DNA of 64,000 nucleotides, taken from positions 1,856,001-1,920,000 of the forward strand of contig CBDCCI010000002.1 of the NCBI GenBank assembly GCA_965214705.1, read 5' to 3'. The notes under the pieces are model-generated. The model saw only the letters and a list, made by a program, of their open reading frames with translations, had not been told where the DNA came from and made no database searches. This DNA comes from Alphaproteobacteria bacterium. GTDB taxonomy: Bacteria; Pseudomonadota; Alphaproteobacteria; UBA828. Position numbers and translations under genes: made by a program. Positions within the stretch are counted from its first letter, which is position 1, and each line of letters begins with the position of its first letter. This document shows, one piece after another, positions 17,164-27,176 of the stretch.

Positions 17164-18588
17164 ATGGCGCGCAAGCGGAGAAGGAGGCAGCGCCTCAAGG
17201 TAGTGCACCCGAATTGCGCCGGGATCGACATCGGCAAGGACCGGCACTTCGTGGCGGTGGATCCGGAGCGAGCCGAGGAACCGGTGAGGGAGTTCGGCGC
17301 GTTCACGCGCGACCTGGATGCGATGGCCGAGTGGCTGAAGTCGTGCGGTGTGACGAAGGTGGCGATGGAGTCGACCTCGGTCTACTGGATCCCGGTTTAC
17401 GAGGTCCTGGATCGAGCCGGCTTCGAGGTGATGCTTGTGCCGCCCCGGATGACGAAGCAGATCGGCGGGCGCAAGAGCGATGTGCTGGACTGCCAGTGGA
17501 TCTGGCAGCTGATGTCCTACGGCCTTCTGCGCGGCGCCTTCCGGCCGGGCGACGCGATCTGCCCGTTGCGCTCCTTCATGCGCCAGGCGAAGCAGTTGAT
17601 CGAGGACCGCTCTCGCTGCGTGCTGCATATGCAGAAGGCGCTGACCCAGATGAACGTGCGTCTGGACTCGGTGATCAGCGATATCATGGGGAAGACGGGT
17701 GAGCGCATCCTGCGGGCGATCATCGCCGGCGAGCGCGACCCCGGGCGGCTGGCGTCGCTTCGCGACAGGCGGATCAAGGCCAGCGCCGACACGATTGCCG
17801 CGAGCCTGGAGGGCACTTGGCGCGAGGAGCACCTGTTCGCGCTTGAGCAGGCGATGCAGCGCTACGACTTTCTGGAGCAGCAGATCGCGGACTGCGAGGC
17901 GCGGATCATGGCGGAGGTTGAGCACCTGACCCCGCCGGACGATCCGACGGATGAGGGTACGCCCGAGGACACTCCCAGTGTCGGATCATCGGGCACGGCG
18001 TCGAACGAGACCCCAAGCAGCAGCGGCAGGGCGCTCCGCGGGCAGGATAAGGCCATGGCTATGGCGCTGCATAAGATGATGGGGGTCGATCTCACCGCAA
18101 TCCCCACCGTCGGCGTCAACACTGCCCTGGTGATCGCCGCCGAGATCGGTCCTGACTTCTCCGCCTTTCCCTCCGCACAGCACTTCAGTTCCTGGCTGGG
18201 GCTGGCGCCTGGGACCAGGATCAGCGGCGGCAAACCGTTGCCGGGCCGGGGGCCCAAGGTGGTCAACCGCGTTGGCCAGGCACTGCGCATGGCGGCCATG
18301 ACCGCTCGCACCAGCCAAACCTTCATCGGCGCCAAGCACCGCAGCCGCCTCGCCCGGATGGACACCAGCGTAGCCGTTGTCGCCACCGCCCGAGAACTCG
18401 CCTGCCTGATCTACCTGATGGTGACCCGCGGCCAGCAATATGCCGAGAAGGGGATGGAGGTCTACGAGAGCCGACGCCTGGACCGAAAGTTCTCTTCGCT
18501 CCGTCGACAGGCCAAGAAGCTCGGCTTCCAACTGGTCGAGATCGACGACGACAACAAAAACACAAATGCCTCTATGTCAACGGCTTAG
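17164..18588 (+). CDS. IS110 family recombinase/transposase
   Basis: GIDIGK, MESTSVYW and KSDVLD (DEDD); C-terminal IPTVG...WLGLAPGTRISGG with the catalytic Ser. Confidence 0.95.
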   Translation: MARKRRRRQRLKVVHPNCAGIDIGKDRHFVAVDPERAEEPVREFGAFTRDLDAMAEWLKSCGVTKVAMESTSVYWIPVYEVLDRAGFEVMLVPPRMTKQIGGRKSDVLDCQWIWQLMSYGLLRGAFRPGDAICPLRSFMRQAKQLIEDRSRCVLHMQKALTQMNVRLDSVISDIMGKTGERILRAIIAGERDPGRLASLRDRRIKASADTIAASLEGTWREEHLFALEQAMQRYDFLEQQIADCEARIMAEVEHLTPPDDPTDEGTPEDTPSVGSSGTASNETPSSSGRALRGQDKAMAMALHKMMGVDLTAIPTVGVNTALVIAAEIGPDFSAFPSAQHFSSWLGLAPGTRISGGKPLPGRGPKVVNRVGQALRMAAMTARTSQTFIGAKHRSRLARMDTSVAVVATARELACLIYLMVTRGQQYAEKGMEVYESRRLDRKFSSLRRQAKKLGFQLVEIDDDNKNTNASMSTA

Positions 18589-19530
18589 AGAGAAGTTACT
18601 CAAGAGTGACCAGGATGTCCGGCGTGAATTCGTAGGTCTCGGCGCCCCACAGGTTCCCGGTGCGGCCGAGCCCGGTGACCACCTCGTCGGCCACCAGCGG
18701 GATGCCGTGGCGATTGAGCACCGCCTGGATCTTTGGGAAGTAGCCGGCCGGCGGCGGCACCGCGCCGCCGGCGCCCATCACGGGCTCAGCGAAGAAGCCG
18801 GCGAAGGTCTCGGGCCCCTCGGCCTCGATCAGCGCCTCCAGTTCGCCCGCCAGGCGCGCGGAGTAGGCGTCCTCGCTCTCGCCGGGATGGGCGTTGCGCC
18901 AGTAGTGCGGCGCCTCGACGTAGCGCACCTCCGGCAGCGGAAGCCCGAAGGCGCCGATGTAGGGCTTGCCGTTGAGGCTGCACGAGGCGACGGTCGTGCC
19001 GTGATAGGCCATGGAGCGGGAGATCAGCTTGCGTCGCTCGGGCTCGCCGGCGCCTCTCGCCATCATCCAAAGCATCTTGATCGTGGTGTCGTTGGCCTCC
19101 GAGCCCGAGTTGACGAAGTAGACCCGCGCCACCTCCATCGGCGCGATCTCCACCAGCCTCTCGGCGAGCACGACCGGGGGCAGGGCGGTGCGGCCGAAGA
19201 AAGTGTGATAGGCCGGCATCTGCTTGAGGGCCTCATGGGCCGCCTGCACCAGCCTGGGCTCGCTGAAGCCGACCACCACGTTCCACAGGCCCGAAACGCT
19301 TTCGAGATAGCGCTTGCCATGCGTGTCGCGGACGTAGATACCTTCGCCCCGCTCCAGCACAAGCGGGCCATCCCGCTCCAGGCTGGGGAGATGGGTGTAG
19401 GAATGAAGATGATGCGCGAGATCGCGCGCCTCGGGGGAGTTCAGCGCCATCGCTCGGGACCTCGGATCGTTCCGTGGGTGGAGGCAGGCCCCGCCGACCG
19501 CCGTGTTCGACCGCGAGCAGCGGAGCCACC

Positions 19531-20496
19531 ATGCCGAAGGTAATCATACACGATGCGATCGACGAGGCAGGCGTCGATCTCTTGAAAAGCCGCGCCGACC
19601 TGGACATCTGCGAGGTGGCGCGGGACGACGACGACACGCTGCTGAGGGAAATTGCGGACGCCGACGGCCTCATCCTGCGCTATCTGCCGTTGCGGGCCGA
19701 GATGCTTGAAGCATCGACCCGGCTCAAGGTCATCGCACGGCACGGCGTCGGCTGCGACAACATCGACCTGGAGGTCGCGACCGCGCGAAAGATACCGGTG
19801 GCCACAGTGGGCGACGCCAACGCCGTGACGGTTGCCGAGCTCACCCTCTACTTCATGCTCGCGGCGTCGAAGAAGGCCCGCCATTACGACGAGTCGGTGC
19901 GGCGCGGGGAGTTTCTCGTGCGCGAGGCCGCCGACCATCTCGAACTCTACGGGCGCACCGTTCTGATCATCGGCTTCGGGCGCATCGGGCGGCGGGTGGC
20001 GGCGCGCTGCCGGGCCTTCGAGATGAAGGTCGAGTGCTGCGATCCCTACATTCCGCAGATGGAGATTATCGATGCCGGCTGCACGCCGGTTGCCGACCTC
20101 GCCGAGGCGCTGCCGCGGGCGGACTACGTCAGCGTGCACGTGCCGCTCAACGACGAGACCCGACACCTGATCGACCGGGCGGCGCTGGCCCGGATGAAGC
20201 CGGGCGCGATTCTCGCCAATGCGGCGCGGGGGCCGATCGTCGATGGCGTAGCCCTCCACGAGGCGCTCCAATCGGGACATCTGGCGGGGGCGGGCCTCGA
20301 TGTGTTCGACGAGGAGCCGCCGCGACTCGACGACCCGTTGCTCAGTCATCCGGCGACCGTGCTCATGCCGCACATGGGGGGCTCCTCCCGCGGTGCCTTT
20401 ATCCGCATGGCGACGCGGTGCGCGCAGAACGTGCTCGACGCGCTGGATGGAAAGCTCAATTCTTCCTTTGTATTCAATACCGAAGCACTGGATTGA
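19531..20496 (+). CDS. D-isomer-specific 2-hydroxyacid dehydrogenase (SerA-like)
   Basis: RHGVGCDNID, GFGRIG, NAARG, LDVFDEEP and PHMGG motifs. Confidence 0.9.
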   Translation: MPKVIIHDAIDEAGVDLLKSRADLDICEVARDDDDTLLREIADADGLILRYLPLRAEMLEASTRLKVIARHGVGCDNIDLEVATARKIPVATVGDANAVTVAELTLYFMLAASKKARHYDESVRRGEFLVREAADHLELYGRTVLIIGFGRIGRRVAARCRAFEMKVECCDPYIPQMEIIDAGCTPVADLAEALPRADYVSVHVPLNDETRHLIDRAALARMKPGAILANAARGPIVDGVALHEALQSGHLAGAGLDVFDEEPPRLDDPLLSHPATVLMPHMGGSSRGAFIRMATRCAQNVLDALDGKLNSSFVFNTEALD

Positions 20497-20604
20497 GGCT
20501 GCTTCCCGACGCGGCTTGCGGGCTCCCGGTCACCAACGCTTGAACACCGCCTGGACAATTGGGGGGTTGGCGCGCGCGTAACAGGCGTGTCATAGGGGCC
20601 CGCC

Positions 20605-21615
20605 ATGAAACGGCGCGAGTCGCGAATCGGACTGAGATCCGCGCGTATGGTGGCCAGTGCGGCGCTGATCGGCGTGCTGCTGGCGGGTGGCGCGATGGCG
20701 CAGGAAGAGGGTGCCGAGAACTTCGCCGAATGGCGCGAGGGGGTGCGCAGCGAGGCTCTGAGCCAGGGCATCAGCGCCGCCACCTTCGATGCGGCGTTTG
20801 CGGGAATCGAGCCGATCCCCCGCGTCATTGAGCTGGACCGCTCCCAACCCGAAGTTACCCTCACCTTCGCCGAGTATCTGGAGCGCGTGGTACCCGAGTC
20901 GCGCGTCGTGCAGGGCAGGGAACTGCTCGCCAAGCACCGGGACTTGCTCGAGCCGATCGGGCACGAGTTCGGGGTTCCGCCCCGCTTCATCGTGGCGCTC
21001 TGGGGCATCGAGACCAGCTTCGGCAGGTTTCTCGGCGGATTTCCGGTGATCGGCGCCCTCGCGACCCTCGCCCATGACGGCCGGCGCAGCGCCTATTTCC
21101 GCGGGGAGCTGTTGCACGCGCTCCGCATCCTGGAGGACGGCCACATCACGCCGGACGCCATGGTCGGCAGCTGGGCCGGCGCCATGGGGCAGAGCCAGTT
21201 CATGCCGTCGAGCTTCGTGCGCCACGCCGTGGACCACGACGGCGACGGCAAGCGCGATATCTGGGGCACCCAGGAAGACGTCTTTGCCTCGGCGGCGAAT
21301 TACTTGGTCCAAGCCGGGTGGCGCAACGGCGAGACCTGGGGGCGACAGGTGCAGTTGCCGGCCGGCTTCGATCAGGGGCTCGCCGACCTGAAGGTGAAGA
21401 GGACCCTCGCCGAATGGCAGGCCCTGGGTCTTCGCCGCGCCGATGGCAGCGATCTGCCGCAGGCCGCGATGAGCGGCTCGGTGGTGCTGCCCGGTGGGGA
21501 AGGGGGGCCGGCTTACCTCGTTTACGATAACTACCGGACGATCATGCGGTGGAACCGCTCGTTCTACTTTGCGACATCCGTCGGCCTTCTGGCCGACAGG
21601 ATCGGGAGGCGGTAG
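20605..21615 (+). CDS. mltB: Lytic murein transglycosylase (MltB family)
   Basis: WGIETSFG, GSWAGAMGQSQFMPSS and IMRWNRS motifs. Confidence 0.9.
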   Translation: MKRRESRIGLRSARMVASAALIGVLLAGGAMAQEEGAENFAEWREGVRSEALSQGISAATFDAAFAGIEPIPRVIELDRSQPEVTLTFAEYLERVVPESRVVQGRELLAKHRDLLEPIGHEFGVPPRFIVALWGIETSFGRFLGGFPVIGALATLAHDGRRSAYFRGELLHALRILEDGHITPDAMVGSWAGAMGQSQFMPSSFVRHAVDHDGDGKRDIWGTQEDVFASAANYLVQAGWRNGETWGRQVQLPAGFDQGLADLKVKRTLAEWQALGLRRADGSDLPQAAMSGSVVLPGGEGGPAYLVYDNYRTIMRWNRSFYFATSVGLLADRIGRR

Positions 21616-21634
21616 CGGCCGGCGGGTCCGGCCG

Positions 21635-22576
21635 ATGACCAGAAAGCCGCTTCTCCTCGCCTCGCTGGCGCTCTGCCTGCTCGCATTCGCGGGCTGCAGC
21701 GAGGTCAAGCTCGCCCTTCATGTCGTCAAGAAGTTCAACCTGGAGACGAAGGAGGAGGAGCCGCCGGTTCGCGTTGCGAAGCCGCATTACAAGCTCGGCT
21801 CGCCCTACCAGGTCAACCACGTCTGGCATTACCCGAGCTACGATCCCAACTATGACAGGACGGGCGTCGCCTCGTGGTACGGGCCCGCGTTCCACGGCAG
21901 GCCCACGGCGAACGGCGAACGCTTCGACATGAACGGGGTGACCGCCGCGCACCCGACGCTGCCGCTGCCCAGCCGTGTGCGCGTGACCAACCTCGAAAAC
22001 GGGCGGCAACTGGAATTGCGGGTGAACGACCGGGGCCCGTTCGTCAACGGCCGGATCATCGATCTCTCCCGCCGCGCCGCGCAGCTTCTCGGCTTCAAGC
22101 GCCAGGGCTTGACCAAGGTGCGCGTCCAGTACCTCGGCCTGGACCGCCTTGAGCCGCCGGAGCCCCCCGCTGACCAGCCGGTCGTCGTAGCTGCGGTCGA
22201 GCCTGACGTCGCTTTGAAACCCCGCTGGACGAAGCCGTCGAACGGAACGGTGGTGCTGCCGCCGGACAGGCCGGTGCGGCGCGTGGCGAGCGCGAGCCCG
22301 CCCCAGACGCCGAAGAGTGAGACTGCCAGCGTCACGTCGCGGAGGCTCCTGGTCGAAGCGGCAGTCCTCAACGGGCGCGACGATGCCGACCGTTTGGGCG
22401 ATCAGGTGCGCTCTCTCGGGGCGGTTGCGGTCGAGCCCGAGCGCCGCAACGGCCGCGTGGTCTACGCGGTGCGCATCGGCCCGGTGGACACGGACGACGA
22501 GGCGGCGTTCATCCTGGCCGAGCTCAACCGCGCCGGCTTCACCGGCTCGCACATCGTCGCTGCGGGGTACCGCTGA
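21635..22576 (+). CDS. rlpA: Septal ring lytic transglycosylase RlpA
   Basis: Lipobox FAGC, GVASWYG, TAAHPTLP, NDRGPF, IIDLS; C-terminal SPOR-like domain. Confidence 0.9.
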   Translation: MTRKPLLLASLALCLLAFAGCSEVKLALHVVKKFNLETKEEEPPVRVAKPHYKLGSPYQVNHVWHYPSYDPNYDRTGVASWYGPAFHGRPTANGERFDMNGVTAAHPTLPLPSRVRVTNLENGRQLELRVNDRGPFVNGRIIDLSRRAAQLLGFKRQGLTKVRVQYLGLDRLEPPEPPADQPVVVAAVEPDVALKPRWTKPSNGTVVLPPDRPVRRVASASPPQTPKSETASVTSRRLLVEAAVLNGRDDADRLGDQVRSLGAVAVEPERRNGRVVYAVRIGPVDTDDEAAFILAELNRAGFTGSHIVAAGYR

Positions 22577-22659
22577 CGAGAGTGGCGCTTGGCCCGGCCC
22601 CCGGCGAGGGTGTACACCTTGCGATCCGCCCTGATGCGATGCGGAGGAGCCGGAACCAG

Positions 22660-23841
22660 ATGGCCGATCGAAATCCCGTGCGCCGGCGTGCCGTGCCCGT
22701 CGCTCTCTACTTGGCCCTGTGTCTCTGCCTGAGCGGTGCCTTCATCGCTGCGTCCCAGCCCCGCCCTGCCGCGGCGGTCGACACCGAGGCGAAGCAGTTC
22801 ATCCTGATGGATGCAGGGACCGGCATGGTGCTCGCCGAAAAGAACGCGGACGAGCCCATGTATCCGGCCTCCATGAGCAAGATCATGACGCTTTACGTCG
22901 TCTTCGAGCACCTGGCGGACGGCCAGCTCGACCTGGAAGACACCTTCACCGTGAGCAAGAAAGCGTGGCGTATGAAGGGCTCACGCATGTTTCTTGAGGT
23001 CAACAAGAAGGTAACGGTCAGCGAGTTGCTGCGCGGAGTCATCGTGCAGTCGGGCAACGACGCGAGCATCGTGCTGGCTGAGGGTCTGGCGGGATCGGAA
23101 GCCGCCTTCGCCGACCTGATGAACGAGAAGGCCGACGAGCTTGGCCTCGCCGACAGCCACTTCACCAACTCGACCGGATGGCCGGATCCCGAGCACATCA
23201 CGACTGCGCGTGATGTCGCCGAGCTGTCACGGCGCATCATCGTGGACTTTCCCGAGTACTACCCGATGTTCGCCGAGAAGAGCTTCAGCTACAACGGCAT
23301 CAAGCAGGGCAACCGTAACCCGCTGCTCTACCGCTACGACGGGGCTGACGGCCTCAAGACTGGATATACGCAAGCATCGGGCCACGGCCTCGCGGCATCG
23401 GCGAAACGCGGCGAGCAGCGTCTGGTGCTGGTCGTAAACGGCATCAACGGCGTCGATTCTCGTGCACGGGAATCGGAACGCTTGCTCAGCTACGGCTTTC
23501 GGGCGTTCAAGACCTACGTCCTGTTCCGCGCGGGCCAGGTGGTGGACAACTTCGAGGTCTGGCTTGGCGAGGCCGACGAGTTGCCCCTGGTAACCGAGAG
23601 CGACGTCGTGCTGATGATGCCGCGCAAGTCCCGCAAGAGCATGGAAGTAAAGATCGTGGCCGAGGGTCCGATCGCAGCGCCTGTTGAGAAGGGCGCGCGG
23701 GTGGCCACGCTGGTGGTGAGCGCGCCGAACGTGGAGACGCGCGAGTGGCCGCTATTGGCCGGTGCCTCGGTGGACAGCCTCTCCGGCTTCGGCCGGATCG
23801 GGGCCGCAATCGATGCGCTGATCTGGGGCAAGGGCGGCTAG
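22660..23841 (+). CDS. dacA: D-alanyl-D-alanine carboxypeptidase
   Basis: SxxK (SMSK), SGN and KTG motifs. Confidence 0.9.
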   Translation: MADRNPVRRRAVPVALYLALCLCLSGAFIAASQPRPAAAVDTEAKQFILMDAGTGMVLAEKNADEPMYPASMSKIMTLYVVFEHLADGQLDLEDTFTVSKKAWRMKGSRMFLEVNKKVTVSELLRGVIVQSGNDASIVLAEGLAGSEAAFADLMNEKADELGLADSHFTNSTGWPDPEHITTARDVAELSRRIIVDFPEYYPMFAEKSFSYNGIKQGNRNPLLYRYDGADGLKTGYTQASGHGLAASAKRGEQRLVLVVNGINGVDSRARESERLLSYGFRAFKTYVLFRAGQVVDNFEVWLGEADELPLVTESDVVLMMPRKSRKSMEVKIVAEGPIAAPVEKGARVATLVVSAPNVETREWPLLAGASVDSLSGFGRIGAAIDALIWGKGG

Positions 23842-23866
23842 GGTCCGGAGGCCACCACGCCGCGGC

Positions 23867-24505
23867 ATGACGCGCGGACGCTTCATCACGCTGGAGGGCG
23901 GCGAGGGCGCCGGAAAGACCGTTCAAGCCGCCCGGCTTCGCGATGCGCTCGAAGCACGAGGCGTCGGGACAGTCCTGACTCGTGAGCCCGGCGGCTCTCC
24001 CGGAGCGGAAGAGATTCGTCGACTTCTCGTGTCGGGCCCGGTGGAGCGCTGGGAGCCGCTGGCCGAGGCCATGCTGCACGCGGCCGCTCGTCGCGATCAC
24101 CTGTTGCACACCATCGAGCCGGCGCTGGAGCGCGGACTCTGGGTCATCTCCGACCGCTTTGTGGATTCGATGATCGTCTACCAGGGCTACGGCCAGGGCG
24201 CCGACCTCGGCGTCATGGAACGCCTCAGTGAACTCTCTCTCGGAGGCTTCGCGCCGGATTTGACGGTGGTGCTGGATATCCCGGTGTCGGAAGGGCTGAG
24301 GCGGGCCGCTGCGCGCGCGGGATCGAACCGTTACGAGCGCATGGGCACGGACTTTCACGAAACGGTGCGGCGGGGCTTCCTCGCTCGCGCGGAATCAGAT
24401 GAGAGGCGTTACGCGGTTGTGGATGCGACGGCGGACCCGGACACGGTCGGTCGAGCGATCCAGAAGATCGTGGCGGCGCGACTTCCGGTCTCGTTCGATG
24501 ACTGA
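23867..24505 (+). CDS. tmk: Thymidylate kinase
   Basis: FITLEGGEGAGKT, TREPGG, SDRF and YQG motifs. Confidence 0.95.
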   Translation: MTRGRFITLEGGEGAGKTVQAARLRDALEARGVGTVLTREPGGSPGAEEIRRLLVSGPVERWEPLAEAMLHAAARRDHLLHTIEPALERGLWVISDRFVDSMIVYQGYGQGADLGVMERLSELSLGGFAPDLTVVLDIPVSEGLRRAAARAGSNRYERMGTDFHETVRRGFLARAESDERRYAVVDATADPDTVGRAIQKIVAARLPVSFDD

Positions 24506-25577
24506 GGGCGCCGATTCGACCTTCACCTGGCCGGTCCCGCGCGAGAACCCGCATCTCGTTGGGCACGAGACGGCCGCCGGGGCGCTGGTGGAGGCGTGGG
24601 GCAGCGGGCGGCTGGCCCACGCCTGGCTGATCGCGGGTCCGCGCGGCATCGGTAAGGCGACGCTGGCCTACCGCTTCGCGCGCTTCGTGCTCGCCGGCGG
24701 GGAAGGGGGAGGCCACGACGGGCTGGCGATGGCACCGGAACACCCGGTCTTCCAGCGAACCGCGGCGGGCGGGCATAGCGACCTTGCGGTGATCGAACGG
24801 GGCCTCGGCGACCGGGGGCGGCTCCGCGCCGAGATCGTGGTGGACGACGTGCGCAAGGCCAACGCCTTCCTCTCGCTCACGGCGGGCGAGGGCGGCTGGC
24901 GCGTGGTGATCGTCGATGCGGCCGACGAGATGAACCGCAACGCCGCCAACGCCCTGCTCAAGCGCCTGGAAGAGCCGCCCAGCCGCGTGCTTTTCCTGCT
25001 CGTCAGCCACGCGCCGAGCCGGATGCCGGCGACGCTGCGCTCGCGCTGCCGCCTGCTGACGCTATCGCCGCTGTCCGCGCCGGCGCTGGACGGGCTGCTT
25101 GCCGACGCGATGCCCGACTTGCCGGCGGCGGAGTGCCGCGTGCTCGGACTGCTCGCCGAAGGCAGCCCCGGCCGCGCGGCGGCGCTGGCGGAGCAGGGCG
25201 GAGTCGCGCTCTATCGGCGCCTCATCGGCCTGGTCGGCGCGCTACCCGCGCTCGACGTGCGCCCGCTGCACCAGCTTGCCGACGGGCTCGGCGGACGAGA
25301 CGGGGTGGATCGCATGCGCACGCTCAGCGAGCTGATCCTGTGGTGGCTCGGCCGCTCGATCCGCCACGCCGCGCGCGGCGAGCTCGAGTCCATGGAGGAG
25401 GTCGTGCCCGGCGAGAAGGCGAGCGCGGCGCTGCTGCAGGGAGCGGCGCTTGATCGCTGGGTCGGCGTGTGGGAAAACCTCGGCCGCTCGTTCGCGGAGG
25501 CGGACGGGCTCAACCTTGACCCCCGGCAGGTCCTGATCGGCGCGCTCACATCGCTGCAGGAGGCCGCGCGGGCCTGA
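24498..25577 (+). CDS. holB: DNA polymerase III subunit delta'
   Basis: HAWLIAGPRGIGKAT, ANALLKRLEEPP and SRC motifs; follows tmk. Confidence 0.92.
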   Translation: MTEGADSTFTWPVPRENPHLVGHETAAGALVEAWGSGRLAHAWLIAGPRGIGKATLAYRFARFVLAGGEGGGHDGLAMAPEHPVFQRTAAGGHSDLAVIERGLGDRGRLRAEIVVDDVRKANAFLSLTAGEGGWRVVIVDAADEMNRNAANALLKRLEEPPSRVLFLLVSHAPSRMPATLRSRCRLLTLSPLSAPALDGLLADAMPDLPAAECRVLGLLAEGSPGRAAALAEQGGVALYRRLIGLVGALPALDVRPLHQLADGLGGRDGVDRMRTLSELILWWLGRSIRHAARGELESMEEVVPGEKASAALLQGAALDRWVGVWENLGRSFAEADGLNLDPRQVLIGALTSLQEAARA

Positions 25578-25596
25578 ACCGCAGGACCGGAAGCCG

Positions 25597-27156
25597 ATGG
25601 CGCCCCGAGCGGCCTACTACCTCAGCACCCCGATCTACTACGTGAACGATTCGCCCCACATCGGGCACGCCTACACCTCGCTCGCCTGCGACGTGCTGGC
25701 CCGCTTCATGCGGCTCGACGGGCGCGACGTGATGTTCCTCACCGGCACCGACGAGCACGGCCAGAAGGTCCAGAAATCCGCGATTGCCGCCGGCATGGAG
25801 CCCCAAAAGTTCGTCGACCAGGTCTCGGAGCGCTTCCGCGCGCTTGGCGGGGTGATGGGCTACAGCAACGACGACTTCATCCGCACCACCGAGGACCGCC
25901 ACACCCGCTCGTGCCAGGAGCTGTGGCGCCGCATCGCGGCCAACGGCCACATCTACCTCGACAAGTATGCGGGCTGGTACTCGGTGCGGGACGAGGCCTT
26001 CTGCACCGAAGCGGAGGTCACGGACGGCCCCGGCGGCGGCAAGGTGACGGTGGCGGATGGCTCGCCGGTCGAATGGGTCGAGGAGCCGAGCTATTTCTTC
26101 CGCCTCTCCGACTGGCAGGAGCGGCTGCTGGAGTTCTACGAGAAGAACCCGCAGGCGGTGGCGCCCGAGAGCCGGCGCAACGAGGTGATCAGCTTTGTTT
26201 CCGGCGGACTGAACGACCTTTCGATATCCCGCGCGAGCCTAAAATGGGGCATTCCGGTGCCGGACGCGCCGGACCACACCATGTACGTGTGGCTCGACGC
26301 GCTCACCAACTACATCAGCGCCGCCGGCTTCCCCGATACCGAGTGCGACACCTGGCGCACCTACTGGCCCGCCGACCTGCACATGGTGGGCAAGGACATC
26401 CTGCGCTTTCACACGGTCTACTGGCCGGCCTTCCTGATGGCGGCGGGGGTGGAGCCGCCGACCCGCGTCTTCGCCCACGGCTGGTGGACCAACGAAGGCG
26501 AGAAGATGTCGAAGTCGCTCGGCAACGTGATCGACCCGCATCAGATCGTCGCGCGCTACGGGCTGGATGCCGTGCGCTACTTCCTGCTGCGCGCGCTGCC
26601 CTTCGGCAGCGACGGCGACTTCTCGCACCGGGCGATCGTGGGCCGCATGAACGACGACCTGGCCAACGACTACGGCAACCTGGCGCAGCGGGTGCTGACA
26701 ATGGCTTACCGCAACTGCGGCGCCGCCGTGCCGGAACCCGGCGCCTTCACGGCGGCGGACGAGGCGATGCTGGGCGCGGCGGAGGCGCTGGTGGGAACGG
26801 TGCGCGCGGACATCGGCGAGCAGTCGTTCCACCGCGCGTTGATCCACATCTGGGAGGTGGTGGGCCAAGCCAACCGCTACGTCGACGAGCAGGCGCCCTG
26901 GGTGCTGCGCAAGGAGGACCCGGCGCGCATGGCGACGGTGCTTTATGTGGTGATGGAGACCCTGCGCCATCTGGCTGTGCTGACCCAGGCGTTCATGCCG
27001 GACTCCAGCGGGCGTATGCTGGACCAGCTGGGGGTGGAGGCGGACGCGCGCGACCTCGCGGCGCTGGGCCCGGACGGGCGGCTCTCGGCGGGGACGCCGC
27101 TGCCGAAGCCGGCGCCGATTTTCCCGCGATTCGTGGAGGGTAGCGCGGACTCCTGA
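25597..27156 (+). CDS. metG: Methionine--tRNA ligase
   Basis: HIGH, GTDEHG, YVWLDAL and KMSKS motifs. Confidence 0.96.
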   Translation: MAPRAAYYLSTPIYYVNDSPHIGHAYTSLACDVLARFMRLDGRDVMFLTGTDEHGQKVQKSAIAAGMEPQKFVDQVSERFRALGGVMGYSNDDFIRTTEDRHTRSCQELWRRIAANGHIYLDKYAGWYSVRDEAFCTEAEVTDGPGGGKVTVADGSPVEWVEEPSYFFRLSDWQERLLEFYEKNPQAVAPESRRNEVISFVSGGLNDLSISRASLKWGIPVPDAPDHTMYVWLDALTNYISAAGFPDTECDTWRTYWPADLHMVGKDILRFHTVYWPAFLMAAGVEPPTRVFAHGWWTNEGEKMSKSLGNVIDPHQIVARYGLDAVRYFLLRALPFGSDGDFSHRAIVGRMNDDLANDYGNLAQRVLTMAYRNCGAAVPEPGAFTAADEAMLGAAEALVGTVRADIGEQSFHRALIHIWEVVGQANRYVDEQAPWVLRKEDPARMATVLYVVMETLRHLAVLTQAFMPDSSGRMLDQLGVEADARDLAALGPDGRLSAGTPLPKPAPIFPRFVEGSADS

Positions 27157-27176
27157 GTCTACAGGCGAGCACGGGG

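Larger units (their letters stand above)
16743..18606 (+). mobile_element. IS110 family insertion sequence with AG core (16741-16742 and 18605-18606)
   Basis: DEDD recombinase; ~420-bp left noncoding end, ~18-bp right end, no terminal inverted repeats; junctions TTGGA-AG-ccacc and TCAAG-AG-tgacc. Confidence 0.9.
16183..19450 (-). pseudogene. Class III (omega) aminotransferase split by IS110
   Basis: N-terminal half 19450-18605 (SGSEAND, YHG, FFAEP, DEVVTGLGRTG...TPDILVT) and C-terminal half 16740-16183 (SKALTSGYYP); removing the IS restores in-frame PDILVTSK with the PLP lysine. Confidence 0.9.

Noticed and set aside
16745-18612. ACCA 4-bp direct repeat as the IS110 core or target duplication
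   Set aside because: It also restores the frame (ILVASK), but the AG core gives ILVTSK and matches three guide segments; kept only as the less likely alternative
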